From contig CM059431.1 in the NCBI GenBank assembly GCA_030390025.1, positions 136,340,001 through 136,404,000 on the forward strand: a stretch of 64,000 bases of DNA. The letters run 5' to 3'. The notes beneath the pieces were generated by a model. It was not told the DNA's origin, did not search any database, and worked only from the letters and a program-made list of their open reading frames with translations. A program made the translations under genes and the position numbers. Origin of the DNA: Squalus acanthias (taxonomy: Eukaryota). Shown one piece after another: positions 34,896 to 46,383 of the stretch (positions are counted from its first letter, which is position 1; the number at the start of each line of letters is the position of its first letter).

Positions 34896-37800
34896 TGGCC
34901 AGTGCTGGGACTAGTGTCCTGGCGAATCGAATAACTAGGGCTGTGGAGATGGCTTTAAACTAATTAGTGGGGGGGAGGTTTCAAGAGAGCAAAAAATAAA
35001 AATGACAACAGAGAGGGTCATAGACATAGGTAGCAGTAGGGGAATCAGAAATCAGAGCGTGGCAGGAAGGGTCAGAGTGTGTGGAGTAAAAGTTAAAGTG
35101 GTAAAAAGTGAAAAAGCAGGAACTAAGTGCCACAAAGCATATTTGAAAGTTCTCTATCTGAATGCAAGTAGCATTCGTAACAAAATAGACGAGTTAATGG
35201 CACAAATAATTACATATGGTTATGATATTGTGGCCATTACAGAAACATGGCTGCAGGGTGACAATGCCTGGGAATTAAACATACCAGTTTATTTAACGAT
35301 CAGGAAGGACAGGCAGGAAGGAAGGGGAGGTGGGGTGGCTGTGTTAATAAAGGAAGGAATCACTGTAATACAGAGTAATGATATTGGGTCAAAAAATCAT
35401 GATAATGAAACAGTTTGGGTGGAGATAAGGAATAATAAGGGGAAAAAAGCACTAGTGGGCGTAGTCTATAGGCCTCCGAACATTTGCAGCTCTGTTGGAC
35501 GGAGTATCAATCAGGAAATAGTTGAGGCATGTAATAAGGGAACATCTATAATTATGGGGGATTTTAACTATCATATTAATTGGACAAATCAAATGGGGCA
35601 GGGCTGCCTTGAGGATGAGTTCATTGAGTGTATTAGGGATGGGTTTCTTGAGCAGTTTGTAACTGAACCGACCAGGGGGCAAGCAACCTTAGATCTGGTC
35701 CTGTGTAACGAGACAGGATTAATTAAAAATGTCCTAGTAAAGGATCCCCTTGGAATGAGTGACCATAACATGGTTGAATTCCATATTCAATTAGAGGGTG
35801 AGAAGGTTGGATCTCAAACAAGCGTGCTAAGCTTGAATAAAGGAGACTATGAAGGTATGTGAGCGGAATTGAGTAGAGTGGATTGGGAAAATAGATTAAA
35901 GGGTAAGACGACACATGATCAGTGGTGTACATTCAAGGAGTTATTTTACAACTTCCAAAAAAAATATATTCCACTGAAAAGAAAAGGGTGTAAAAGAAAG
36001 GACAGTCATCCGTGGCGAAGTAAAGAAATTAAGGATAGTATTCGACTAAAAACAAGGGCATATAAGGTAGCGAAATCTAGTGGGAGGACAGAGGATTGGG
36101 AAAACTTTAAAAGGCAGCAAAAAATAACAAAAAGATTGATTAAGAAAGGGAAGATAGATTATGAAAGTAAATTAGCAAAAAATATAAAAACAGATAGTAA
36201 GAGTTTTTATAGTTATATAAAAAGAAAAAGGGTGGCTAAAGTAAATGTTGGTCCCTTAGAGGATGAGACCGGGAAATTAATGGTGGGAAATATGGAGATG
36301 GCAAAAACACTGAATGAATATTTTGTTTCAGTCTTTACAGTAGAGGACACTAAGAATATCCCAACACTGGACAAACAGGGGGCTATAGGGGGAGAGGAGC
36401 TAAACACGATCAAAATCACTAAGGAAGTGGTACTCGGTAAAATAATGGGACTCAAGGCGGATAAATCACCTGGACCTGATGGCTTACATCCTAGAGTCTT
36501 GAAGGAAGTGGCGGTAGGGATTGTAGATGCATTGGTAATAATTTTTCAAAACTCCCTGGATTCTGCTAAGGTCCCGGCAGACTGGAAAACTGCTAATGTA
36601 ACACCCTTATTTAAAAAGGGCAGTAGACAGAAGGCTGGTAACTATAGACCGGTTAGCCTAACATCTGTGGTAGGTAAAATTTTGGAGTCCATTATTAAGG
36701 AAACAGTAACAGGACATTTGGATAATCATAATTTAATAGGACAAAGTCAGCATGGTTTTACGAAGGGGAAGTCATGTTTGACAAATTTGCTGGAGTTCTT
36801 TGAGGAAGTAACATATAGAGTGGATAAAGGGGAACCAGTGGACGTAGTGTATTTAGACTTCCAAAAGGCATTTGACAAGGTGCCACACAAAAGATTATTG
36901 CTTAAGGTAAAAAATCACGGGATTGGGGGTAATATTCTGGCATGGATAGAGGATTGGCTATCTAACAGAAAGCAAAGAGTTGGGATAAATGGTTCATTCT
37001 CAGACTGGCAATCAGTAACTAGTGGTGTTCCACAGGGGTCAGTGCTGGGTCCCCAACTCTTTACAACCTATATTAACGATTTGGAGGAAGGGACCAAGTG
37101 TAACATATCAAAATTTGCAGATGATACAAAGATGGGAGGGAATGTAGTGAGTGAGGAGGACATAAAAAACCTGCAAGGGGACATAGACAGGCTAAGTAAG
37201 TGGGCAGAGATTTGGCAGATGGAATACAACACTGGAAAGTGTGAGGTGATTCACTTTGGCAGGAAAAATCCTAGAGCAATTTATTATCTAAATGGCAAGA
37301 AACTGGAGAGTACTGAAGTGCAAAGGGATCTGGGGGTCCTGGTGCACGAAACTCAAAAGGTTAGTATGCAGGTGCAGCAAGTGATTAAGAAGGCAAATGG
37401 AATGTTGGCTTTCATTGCTAGGGGGATAGAATATAAAAATAGGGAGGTATTGCTTCAGTTGTACAAGGTATTGGTGAGACCGCACCTGGAATACTGCATA
37501 CAGTTTTGGTGTCCTTACTTCAGGAAAGACCTCCTTGCTCTCGAGGCAGTGCAAAAGAGGTTCACTCGGTTAATCCCGGGGATGAGGGGGTGGTCATATG
37601 AGGAGAGGTTGGGTAGATTGGGACTCTACTCATTGGAGTTCAGAAGAATGAGAGGCGATCTTATTGAAACATATAAGATTGTGAAGGGGTTGGATCGGGA
37701 GGATGCGGGGAGGATGTTCCCGATGACGGGTGAGAATAGAACTAGGGGACATAGTCTTAGAATAAGGGGCTGCTCTTTCAAAACTGAGATGAGGAGGAAC

Positions 37801-38190
37801 TACTTCACTCAGAGGGTGGTAGGGCCATGGAATATGCTGTCACAAAAAGCTGTAGAAGCTACATCATTAAATAAATTTAAAACAGAAATAGACAGTTTCC
37901 TAGAAGTAAAGGGCATTAAGGGTTACGGGGAGCGGGCAGGAATTTGGACATGAGTCTAGGTTCGGATCAGTCATGGCCCTGTGGGTAGTGGAGCGGGCCC
38001 AGGGACCGTGTAGCCTGATTCTGCTCCTATTTCGTGTGTGCAATTCTGTTAGATGCAGGAGATGGTTCTGTGATAGATAGTAGATTGGAGGTTAGGATCA
38101 GATCAGCCATGATCTTATTGAATGGCGGAGCAGGCTCGAGGGGCCGATTGGCCTACTCCTGCTCCTATTTCTTATGTTCTTATGTTCTTA
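34896..38190 (+). mobile_element. CR1 LINE family B, 5'-truncated, copy 3
   Basis: Same junctions; offset 6196 bp from copy 2; translated ORFs identical to copy 2. Confidence 0.97.
35002..37953 (+). pseudogene. CR1-B ORF2 (APE-RT) with one in-frame stop at 35860-35862
   Basis: ORFs 35002-35862 and 35869-37953 are in one frame. Confidence 0.95.
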
Positions 38191-41100
38191 CTCCTGTAGT
38201 GGTCTGTGATGATTCGATTCCTGTAGTGGTCTGTGATGATTCTACTCCTGTAGTGGTCTGTGATGATTGTACTCCTGTAGTGGTCTGTGATGATTCTACT
38301 ACTGTAGTGGTCTGTGATGATCCTACTCCTGTAGTGGTCTGTGATGATTCTACTCCTGTAGTGGTCTGTGATGACTCTACTCCTGTAGTGGTCTGTGATG
38401 ATTCTACTCCAGTGGTGGTCTGTGAAAATCCTATGACTGTAGTGGTCTGTGATGATTCTACACCTGTAGTGGTCTGTGTTGATTCTACTCCTGTAGTGGT
38501 CTGTGGTGATTCTACTCCTGTAGTGGTCTGTGATGATTCTACTCCTGTAGTGGTCTGTGATGATTCTACTGTAGTGGTCTGTGGTGATTCTACTCCTGTA
38601 GTGGTCTGTGATGATTCTACTCCTGTAGTGGTCTGTGATGATTCTACTGTAGTGGTCTGTGGTGATTCTACTCCTGTAGTGGTCTGTGATGATTCTACTC
38701 CTGTAGTGGTCTGTGATGATTCTACTCCTGTAGTGGTCTGTGATGATTCTACTCCTCTAGTGGTCTGTGATGATTCTACTCCTGTCGTGGTCTGTGATGA
38801 TTCTACTCCTGTAGTGGTCTGTGATGATTCTACTCCTGTAGTGGTCGGTGATGATTCTGTTCCTGTAGTGGTTTGTGATGATTCTACTCCTGTAGTGGTC
38901 TGTGATGATTCTACACCTGTCGTGGTCTGTGATGATTCTACTCCTGCAGTGGTCTGTGATGATTCTACTCCTGTAGTGGTCTGTGATGATTCTACTCCTG
39001 TAGTGGTCTGTGATGATTCTACTCCTGCAGTGGTCTGTGATGATTCTACTCCTGTAGTGGTCTGTGATGATTCTACTCCTGTAGTGGTCTGTGATGATTC
39101 TATTCCTGTAGTGGTCTGTGATGATTCTACTCCTGTAGTGGTCTGTGATGATCTTATTCCTGTCGTGGTCTGTGATGATTCTACTCTTGTAGTGGTCTCT
39201 GATGATTCTACTCCTGTCGTGGTCTGTGATGATCCTACTCCTGTTGTGGTCTGTGATGATTCTACTCCTGTAGTGGTCTGTGATGTTTCTACTCCTGTAG
39301 TGGTCTGTGATGATTCTACTCCTGTAGTGGTTTGTGATGATTCCAGTCCTGTAGTGGTCGGTGATGATCATACTCCTGTAGTGGTCTGTGTTGATTCTAC
39401 TCCTGTAGTGGTCTGTGATGATTCTACTCCTGTACTGGTCTGTGATGATCCTACTCCTGTAGTGGTCTGTGATGATTCTACTCCTGTAGTGGTCTGTGAT
39501 GATTCCAGTCCTGTAGTGGTCGGTGATGATTCTACTCCTGTAGTGGTCTGTGATGATTCTACTCCTGTAGTGATCTGTGATGATTCTACTCCTGTAGTGG
39601 TCTGTGATGATTCTACTCCTGTAGTGGTCTGTGATGATCCTACTCCTGTAGTGGTCTGTGATGATTCTACTCCTGTAGTGGTCTGTGATGATCCTACTCC
39701 TGTAGTGGTTTGTGATGATTCTGCTCCTGTAGTGGTCTGTGATGATCCTACTCCTGTAGTGGTTTGTGATGATTCTACTCCTGTGATGGTCTGTGATGAT
39801 CCTACTCCTGTAGTGGTCTGTGATGATCCTACTCCTGTAGTGATCTGTGATGATTCTACTCCTGTAGTGCTCTGTGATGGTTGTACTCTTGTAGTGGTCT
39901 GTGATGTTTCTACTACTGTAGTGGTCTGTGATGATCCTACTCCTGTAGTGGTCTGTGATGATTCTACTCCTGTAGTGGTCTGTGATGATTCTACTCCTGT
40001 AGTGGTCTGTGATGATTCTACTCCTGTGGTGGTCTGTGATGATCCTATGCCTGTAGTGGTCTGTGATGATTCTACTCCTGCAGTGGTCTGTGATGATTCT
40101 ACTCCTGCAGTGGTCTGTGGTGATTCTACTCCTGTAGTGGTCTGTGGTGTTTCTACTCCTGTCGTGGTCTGTGATGATTCTACTGTAGTAGTCTGTGATG
40201 ATTCTACTCCTGTAGTGGTCTGTGATGATTCTACTCCTGTAGTGGTCTGTGATGATTCTACTCCTGTCGTGGTCTGTGATGATTCTACTCCTGTAGTGAG
40301 TGGTCTGTGATGATTCTACTCCTGTAGTGGTCTGTGATGATTCTGTTCCTGTAGTGGTTTGTGATTATTCTACTCCTGTAGTGGTCTGTGATGATTCTAC
40401 TCCTGTCGTGGTCTGTGATGATTCTACTCCTGCAGTGGTCTGTGATGATTCTACTCCTGCAGTGGTCTGTGACGATTCTACTCCTGTAGTGGTCTGTGAT
40501 GATTCTACTCCTGTAGTGGTCTGTGATGATTCTATTCCTGTAGTGGTCTGTGATGATTCTACTCCTGTAGTGGTCTGTGATGATCCTATTCCTTTAGTGG
40601 TCTGTGATGATTCTACTCCTGTAGTGGTCTCTGATGATGCTACTCCTGTAGTGGTCTGTGATGATACTACTCCTGTTGTGGTCTGTGATGATTCTACTCC
40701 TGTAGTGGTCTGTGATGTTTCTACTCCTGTAGTGGTCTGTGATGATTCTACTCCTGTAGTGGTTTGTGATGATTCCAGTCCTGTAGTGGTCGGTGATGAT
40801 CCTACTCCTGTAGTGGTCTGTGTTGATTCTACTCCTGTAGTGGTCTGTGATGATTCTACTCCTGCACTGGTCTGTGATGATCCTACTCCTGTAGTGGTCT
40901 GTGATGATTCTACTCCTGTAGTGGTCTGTGATGATTCCAGTCCTGTAGTGGTCGGTGATGATTCTACTCCTGTAGTGGTCTGTGATGATTCTACTCCTGT
41001 AGTGGTCTGTGATGATTCTACTCCTGTAGTGGTCTGTGATGATTCTACTCCTGTAGTGGTCTGTGATCATGCTACTCCTTTAGTGGTCTGTGATGATTCT

Positions 41101-41715
41101 ACTCCTGTAGTGGTGTGTGATGATTCTACTCCTGTAGTGGTCTGTGATGATCCTACTCCTGTAGTGGTTTGTGATGATTCTGCTCCTGTAGTGGTCTGTG
41201 ATGATCCTACTCCTGTAGTGGTTTGTGATGATTCTACTCCTGTGATGGTCTGTGATGATCCTACTCCTGTAGTGGTCTGTGATGATCCTACTCCTGTAGT
41301 GGTCTGTGATGATTCTACTCCTGTAGTGGTCTGAGATGATTCTACTCCTGTAGTGGTCTGTGATGATTCTACTCCTGTAGTGGTCTGTGATGATCCTACT
41401 GCTGTAGTGGTCTGTGATGATTCTACTCCTGTAGTGGTCTGTGATGATCCTACTCCTGTAGTGGTTTGTGATGATTCTGCTCCTGTAGTGGTCTGTGATG
41501 ATCCTACTCCTGTAGTGGTTTGTGATGATTCTACTCCTGTGATGGTCTGTGATGATCCTACTCCTGTAGTGGTCTGAGATTATCCTACTCCTGTAGTGGT
41601 CTGTGATGATCCTAGTCCTGTAGTGGTCTGTGATGATCCTACTCCTGTAGTGGTTTGCGATGATTCTACTCCTGCAGACGGTTTGTGATGTTTCGGTTCC
41701 TGTAGTGGTTTGTGA
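38191..41715. repeat. 27-bp satellite, final block (array edge)
   Basis: Tandem 27-mers; the last few units (41570-41715) are the most diverged, followed by an abrupt switch to the 14-bp satellite. Confidence 0.98.
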
Positions 41716-42093
41716 CCTCTTTATTGTCACATCTGGGCTGAGACATCTGGAGTTTGACACCAGGTATTTACCATCTGCAGTGCGACATGTTGCATATGAC
41801 ATATGGAGCTTGACATCTGGAGTGCGACATCAGCAGTGTGACATCATGAGTGTGACATCTGGATTTCGAGATCAGGAGTTTGACATTATGAGTGTGACAT
41901 CTCGAATGGGACATCAGTAGTGTGTCATCAGCAATGTGACATTAGCAGTGTGACATATTTAGTGCGTCATTCGGAGTCTCATATCTGGAGTGTGACATCT
42001 GGAGTCTCATATCTGCACTGTTCCATCTCCAGTGTGCCACCTGGAATTTGACATCTGTATATTCACATTTGGAGTGAGACACCAGGTATATAC
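41716..42093. repeat. Degenerate 14-bp satellite (GGAGTGTGACATCW), segment left of the Gypsy element
   Basis: Recurrent gtgtgacatc(t/a)gga units at a 14-bp period. Confidence 0.9.
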
Positions 42094-42287
42094 TGTCGTA
42101 AGAATGAGCCTTACGCGTGGTGAACTTAAAGTAAGCTTTAATCAACTAAAAAGGTGCTACATACAAAAGAGGCCTTACTCTATGCCTCTCCAGGATTCAA
42201 CTGATCAGCCCAGTATTTATCCTGGACTAATCACAGGAAGTGATGTAATAAAGTTCAAGTCACAGGAAGCTGTATTGTGTTACCACA
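42094..42287 (-). repeat. 3' LTR of the Gypsy element
   Basis: Direct repeat of 46384-46577 with TG/CA ends; preceded on the minus strand by a G-rich PPT at 42288-42303. Confidence 0.97.
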
Positions 42288-42354
42288 TTCTCCCCCCCCC
42301 CCCAAAAGATTAGGAGGCCGGGATGAAGTTCGAGTCACAGGAAGCTGTATTGTG

Positions 42355-45300
42355 TTAGCACATTCTCCCTCCATTTCGTAGCCGCTGGACGAGGGAGAGC
42401 CGCACCCGTTTGGGTTCTCGTAGCGGTAGAGGGCCCCTGGCCCGTTTACCCGCCGCGGGCCGTGGACGAGAGTCCGAGTGATCCAGCCCGATCTGTGAGG
42501 GGTCAGGACGATCCTGACTGTGTACTGGTGCCCGAACGGGTGTCGGGCAGGGCTGTGGCAGATCCGTTTCCGAGCATATGGTACGGGGTGGATCGTGGCT
42601 GCGCGTGCGAGCCCCGACGGGCTCATAGTCAGTCTGCCCCAGGTCGGCACGCTGGAGTGAGGTACCAGCCGGCGTCAGATCCAGATCGTGATGAGAAGCA
42701 CCTGGCGAGCCCAGAGATGTGCCTGGTACAATATCATCCCCTGGTGTCCCTCTATGTTTCGGCGGGCAGGGAGCCAGATCCCGCAATGACACGGTAGATT
42801 CCCGACCGTCAGGATACCGAATATAGGCATAGGTACGGTTGACGTCAGTGAGCTCAACCTCATCTACCAGGGGGTCATTCTTAGACGCCCGAACATATCT
42901 TCGGAGTAGTACTGGTCCCGGTGCAGTCAGCCACGACGGGAGAGATATCCCATAGGATGAGCGACGCTGAAATCGGAAGAACCGTTCATGAGGTGTCGTA
43001 TTTGTGGTGGTCGAAAGGAGGGACCGTGTGGAGTGTAATGCGTCTGGAAGTACTGCTTCCCATTGCTGGTTGGGTAGGCCCCGAGATCTCAAAGCCAGAC
43101 GTACCGCATTCCAGATGATAGCGTTAAAACGCTCGACTTGCCCATTCCCGACCGGATGATAAGGCGTCGTTCTGCTGGCAGCAATACCCCGTTCCGAGAG
43201 ATAGACCTTGAGTTCTCCTGACATAAAAGAAGGGCCCCGATCCGAATGAACATAGGATGCCATGCCACAGAAAGCAAATACCTGCTCAAGGCAGCTGATA
43301 ACCGTGGTCGTCAGCATATTGGGGCAGGGAAAGGCAAACAGAAAACGGGAATACTCATCGACCATGGTCAATAGATAAGTGTTGCGAGTTGAAGAGGGCA
43401 ACGGCCCCTTAAAATCGATGCTAAGCCGTTGCATTGGCTGGGTCGCATGTATGAGTAGACCACCCGAGGGGCGGAAAAACGGAGGTTTCAATTCCGCACA
43501 GACTCTGCAGTCCGAGCACATCTTCCTTACATCCCCGGTAGAGAATGGGAGATTTCGGGACCGCACGAAGTGTAGCATGCGAGTAACGCCCGGATGACAC
43601 AACCCATCATGGATGTCTACGAGCGTAGAGGGTGCCATGGCGGAGCAGAATGATCGTGTGAGGGTATCCGGAGCCACATTCTCCTTGCCAGGTCGATAGT
43701 GGATGGTGTAACCAAAAGAGGCCAATTCCAGCCGCCAAAGCTGGATTTTATTATTTTTAATTTTGGTCCGTTTTCGATTATCGAGCATGAAGGCGACCGA
43801 TCGCTGGTCCGTGATTAAGGTAAAGTGCTGGCGAGCTAGGAGATGAGTCCACTTCCGTACTGCCTCTATGATGGCTGTAGCTTCTTTCTCGACTGGAGGA
43901 TAATGTAGCTCAGCCCCTTGAAAAGTCCTGGACAAAAATGCCACCGGACGACCTTCCTGATTCAGAGTGGCCGAGATCGCCACCTCCGAGGCATCACACT
44001 CAACAACAAAAGGAAGACTCTCATCGATGGAGTGAAGAGCCGCTTTCTCCAACTGTTTTTTCAGGAGGTTAAAGGCTGCAACAGCCATTGTGTCTAGTGG
44101 GAATGTGCTGGCCTTCAGTAGAGGTTGGATTCGGTCCGAGAAGTTAGGAATCCATTTAGCATAGTATGCAAACAGGCCGAGGGCCCGGCGCAAGGAGGCC
44201 GGATTCTTAGGTGGCGGGAGTTCTTGGAGTGGGCGAAGCCTTTCAGGGTCAGGTTTAATTATGCCATTGCCCACACAATAGCCAAGGATGTTGATGGTTG
44301 GTTGTGACTCAATGGATTTAGCCGCATTTAATGTCAAATTACGGTGCTGGAGTGCATCCCAAAATCGTTGGAGATTGGCGTCATGTTCCCGCTGATTGCG
44401 ACCTGCGACAGTAATATTGTCCAGATAAGGAAACGTATCCTTTAAGTCTTCCTGTTTGACCAGGTCATCCATTGCTCGCTGGAAGACAGCCACTCCATTA
44501 GTGACCCCAAAGCGGAGGCGACGAAATTGATACAGCCGTCCATTGGCTTCAAAGGCCGTATACTGCTTGTCTGAGACCTTCAAGGGTACCTGATGATAGG
44601 CACTTTTCAGATCGTATGTTGAGAACACCGTGTACTCAGCCAGTTTATTAACCATATCATCGATGCGCGGCAATGGGTATGCGTCCAAGTCCGTATATTG
44701 ATTGATGGTCTGTGAATAGTCAATGCACAGCCGTTTCTTGTGAGGTTGTAGAGGGTTCTTAACAATAACGACCTGGGCGCGCCATGGCGACGAACAAGGC
44801 TCGATGATATCCTCTGCTAAAAGCCAAGAAATCTCAGCCGCAATAAAAGACTGGTCTTCCTGACTGAAACGTCGTGACTTTGTTATAATCGGTTTGCATC
44901 GAGGAGGGATACTGGTAAACAGTGAGGGTTCATCCAGTGAAGCTGCTGACAATGCACAGAACGGTAATCGAGGTCGTATATTAGAAATAGTGAGTTCAGG
45001 TTTGGATCCGCCGAACTCAATGGTGAGCTTCTTATGCTGCTTTTGAAAATCTAGCCCTAAGATAAGATCACTACATAAGTCCTTGAGCACCGAAAGCCGG
45101 GTGGAGGGATACCTGTGACCATTAAGTGTTATTTCAACCATACAAAAGCCAGAAATTCTGGTATTAAGTGATGACTGAGCCATCGCAATTGCCTGGTCCG
45201 ATGGGAAAAAATGTAGCTTTAACTCTGCAACAATCTGTTCCCTAATGAAACTATCAGTGCTACCTGAGTCAATTAAGGCATCTAAAGTATGTCCATTAAT

Positions 45301-46305
45301 TGATGCTTTTGTAGCTGCATGGAATAGGTTCTGAGGACAAGCAGCTGTAATTGGTGTCGTTGCACAAAGAGTGGCTGAAACTCTAGGTGTGTTTCTTCGA
45401 GAGAAAACCCGAGAGGAAGCACGATAGATTTTAGCCGGAACATCTTGATAGGCCCTTACCGGGGCAGTTCGGTAGGACTTAGCTTGATAAGCCCTCGTAG
45501 AGGCTCTTGATAGGCAAACCTTTGCAAAATGACCCTTTTTGTTGCAATGACTGCAAAACGCATTGCGAGCAGGGCAGAATTTCCGAGGGTGAAACTCATC
45601 ACCACAAAAGAAGCATTTCTTAGATTGCCAAGAGGCTGCCACAGTGGGGTCATCATCCTCTTCATCAGTGAAGTCATCAGATTGATCGTCAGGGATAAAG
45701 TCCTCCCTAATAGAGTTCACCTGTGGCCTCTTAAATTGCCTGACTGTAGTTAAGGCAGCAGACCGAGGTCTGGGCACTGTATAAAGGTCTGCATTTCTTT
45801 TTGCCAGATCTAGAGAGCAAGCCATGTCATAAGCTCTCTGAAGCTCAAGTGTCTTACTTTCCAGTAGACGCTGGCGTATAAATGGGGAGGCAAGACCGCA
45901 GATGAAAGCATCACAGATCATTTCTTCACGGTACAGCTCAGCTGAGGCCGCCTGAAAGTTACAGTCCATACTAAGTCTGCGAAGCTCTTGGAGGAATTTA
46001 TCAATGGATTCCTCCGGCCCTTGTTGGGCTGTAGCTAGTAGATGTCTGGCATAGACCTCATTCGGTGTCTTAGTATATAGTCTTTTAAGCGTCCGAATTG
46101 CCTCCTCGTAACTGCCCCATTCCTCGACATACTGAAATACATTCGGGGTGACACAGTTGATGAGTATCCGCAATTTTGAGTCATCATCAGCCTTGCAATA
46201 TTCGAGAAAATTGTCAAACGTGCGATACCAGTGTTTCCACACCTTACCGGCTGCTGGGGTGTTTGGGTCCAAGTCAAGACGCGATGGTTTAAGGATGTTT
46301 TCCAT
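42355..46305 (-). CDS. Gag-Pol polyprotein, 1316 aa, uninterrupted
   Basis: Gag with two CX2CX4HX4C knuckles (CFFCGDEFHPRKFC, CSHCNKKGHFAKVC); protease LIDSGS; RT RLCIDY...DLKSAYHQ...YLDN; RNase H VECDAS; integrase HHCC plus IDFKG/SDRG/ERFN. Confidence 0.97.
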   Translation of the reverse strand: MENILKPSRLDLDPNTPAAGKVWKHWYRTFDNFLEYCKADDDSKLRILINCVTPNVFQYVEEWGSYEEAIRTLKRLYTKTPNEVYARHLLATAQQGPEESIDKFLQELRRLSMDCNFQAASAELYREEMICDAFICGLASPFIRQRLLESKTLELQRAYDMACSLDLAKRNADLYTVPRPRSAALTTVRQFKRPQVNSIREDFIPDDQSDDFTDEEDDDPTVAASWQSKKCFFCGDEFHPRKFCPARNAFCSHCNKKGHFAKVCLSRASTRAYQAKSYRTAPVRAYQDVPAKIYRASSRVFSRRNTPRVSATLCATTPITAACPQNLFHAATKASINGHTLDALIDSGSTDSFIREQIVAELKLHFFPSDQAIAMAQSSLNTRISGFCMVEITLNGHRYPSTRLSVLKDLCSDLILGLDFQKQHKKLTIEFGGSKPELTISNIRPRLPFCALSAASLDEPSLFTSIPPRCKPIITKSRRFSQEDQSFIAAEISWLLAEDIIEPCSSPWRAQVVIVKNPLQPHKKRLCIDYSQTINQYTDLDAYPLPRIDDMVNKLAEYTVFSTYDLKSAYHQVPLKVSDKQYTAFEANGRLYQFRRLRFGVTNGVAVFQRAMDDLVKQEDLKDTFPYLDNITVAGRNQREHDANLQRFWDALQHRNLTLNAAKSIESQPTINILGYCVGNGIIKPDPERLRPLQELPPPKNPASLRRALGLFAYYAKWIPNFSDRIQPLLKASTFPLDTMAVAAFNLLKKQLEKAALHSIDESLPFVVECDASEVAISATLNQEGRPVAFLSRTFQGAELHYPPVEKEATAIIEAVRKWTHLLARQHFTLITDQRSVAFMLDNRKRTKIKNNKIQLWRLELASFGYTIHYRPGKENVAPDTLTRSFCSAMAPSTLVDIHDGLCHPGVTRMLHFVRSRNLPFSTGDVRKMCSDCRVCAELKPPFFRPSGGLLIHATQPMQRLSIDFKGPLPSSTRNTYLLTMVDEYSRFLFAFPCPNMLTTTVISCLEQVFAFCGMASYVHSDRGPSFMSGELKVYLSERGIAASRTTPYHPVGNGQVERFNAIIWNAVRLALRSRGLPNQQWEAVLPDALHSTRSLLSTTTNTTPHERFFRFQRRSSYGISLPSWLTAPGPVLLRRYVRASKNDPLVDEVELTDVNRTYAYIRYPDGRESTVSLRDLAPCPPKHRGTPGDDIVPGTSLGSPGASHHDLDLTPAGTSLQRADLGQTDYEPVGARTRSHDPPRTICSETDLPQPCPTPVRAPVHSQDRPDPSQIGLDHSDSRPRPAAGKRARGPLPLREPKRVRLSLVQRLRNGGRMC

Positions 46306-46383
46306 GATGGGTGATTCCCTGGATCCTTAGTTCCGAGTTTGTCCAAAAAGTTTGAGTGTGAAGTTTTTCAAAGTTGATTAAAT

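Noticed and set aside
199..41577. Very long plus-strand ORFs of (STPVVVCDD)n, up to 1717 aa, as a Cys/Asp-rich repeat protein
   Set aside because: The unit length is a multiple of 3 and only one single-base change (TGT>TGA) can create a stop in this frame, so long ORFs are expected by chance. Variants are freely non-synonymous, there is no unique N- or C-terminus, and LINEs interrupt the array.
1..41715. CRISPR array or snoRNA cluster (units contain box-C-like GTGATGA and a CTAC-TCCT-GTAG mini-hairpin)
   Set aside because: There are no unique spacers, no cas genes and no box D or guide structure; this is a plain head-to-tail satellite in a eukaryotic context.
13168..46346. Small ORFs antisense to or overlapping the CR1 and Gypsy ORFs
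   Set aside because: Shadow ORFs with no recognisable motifs.
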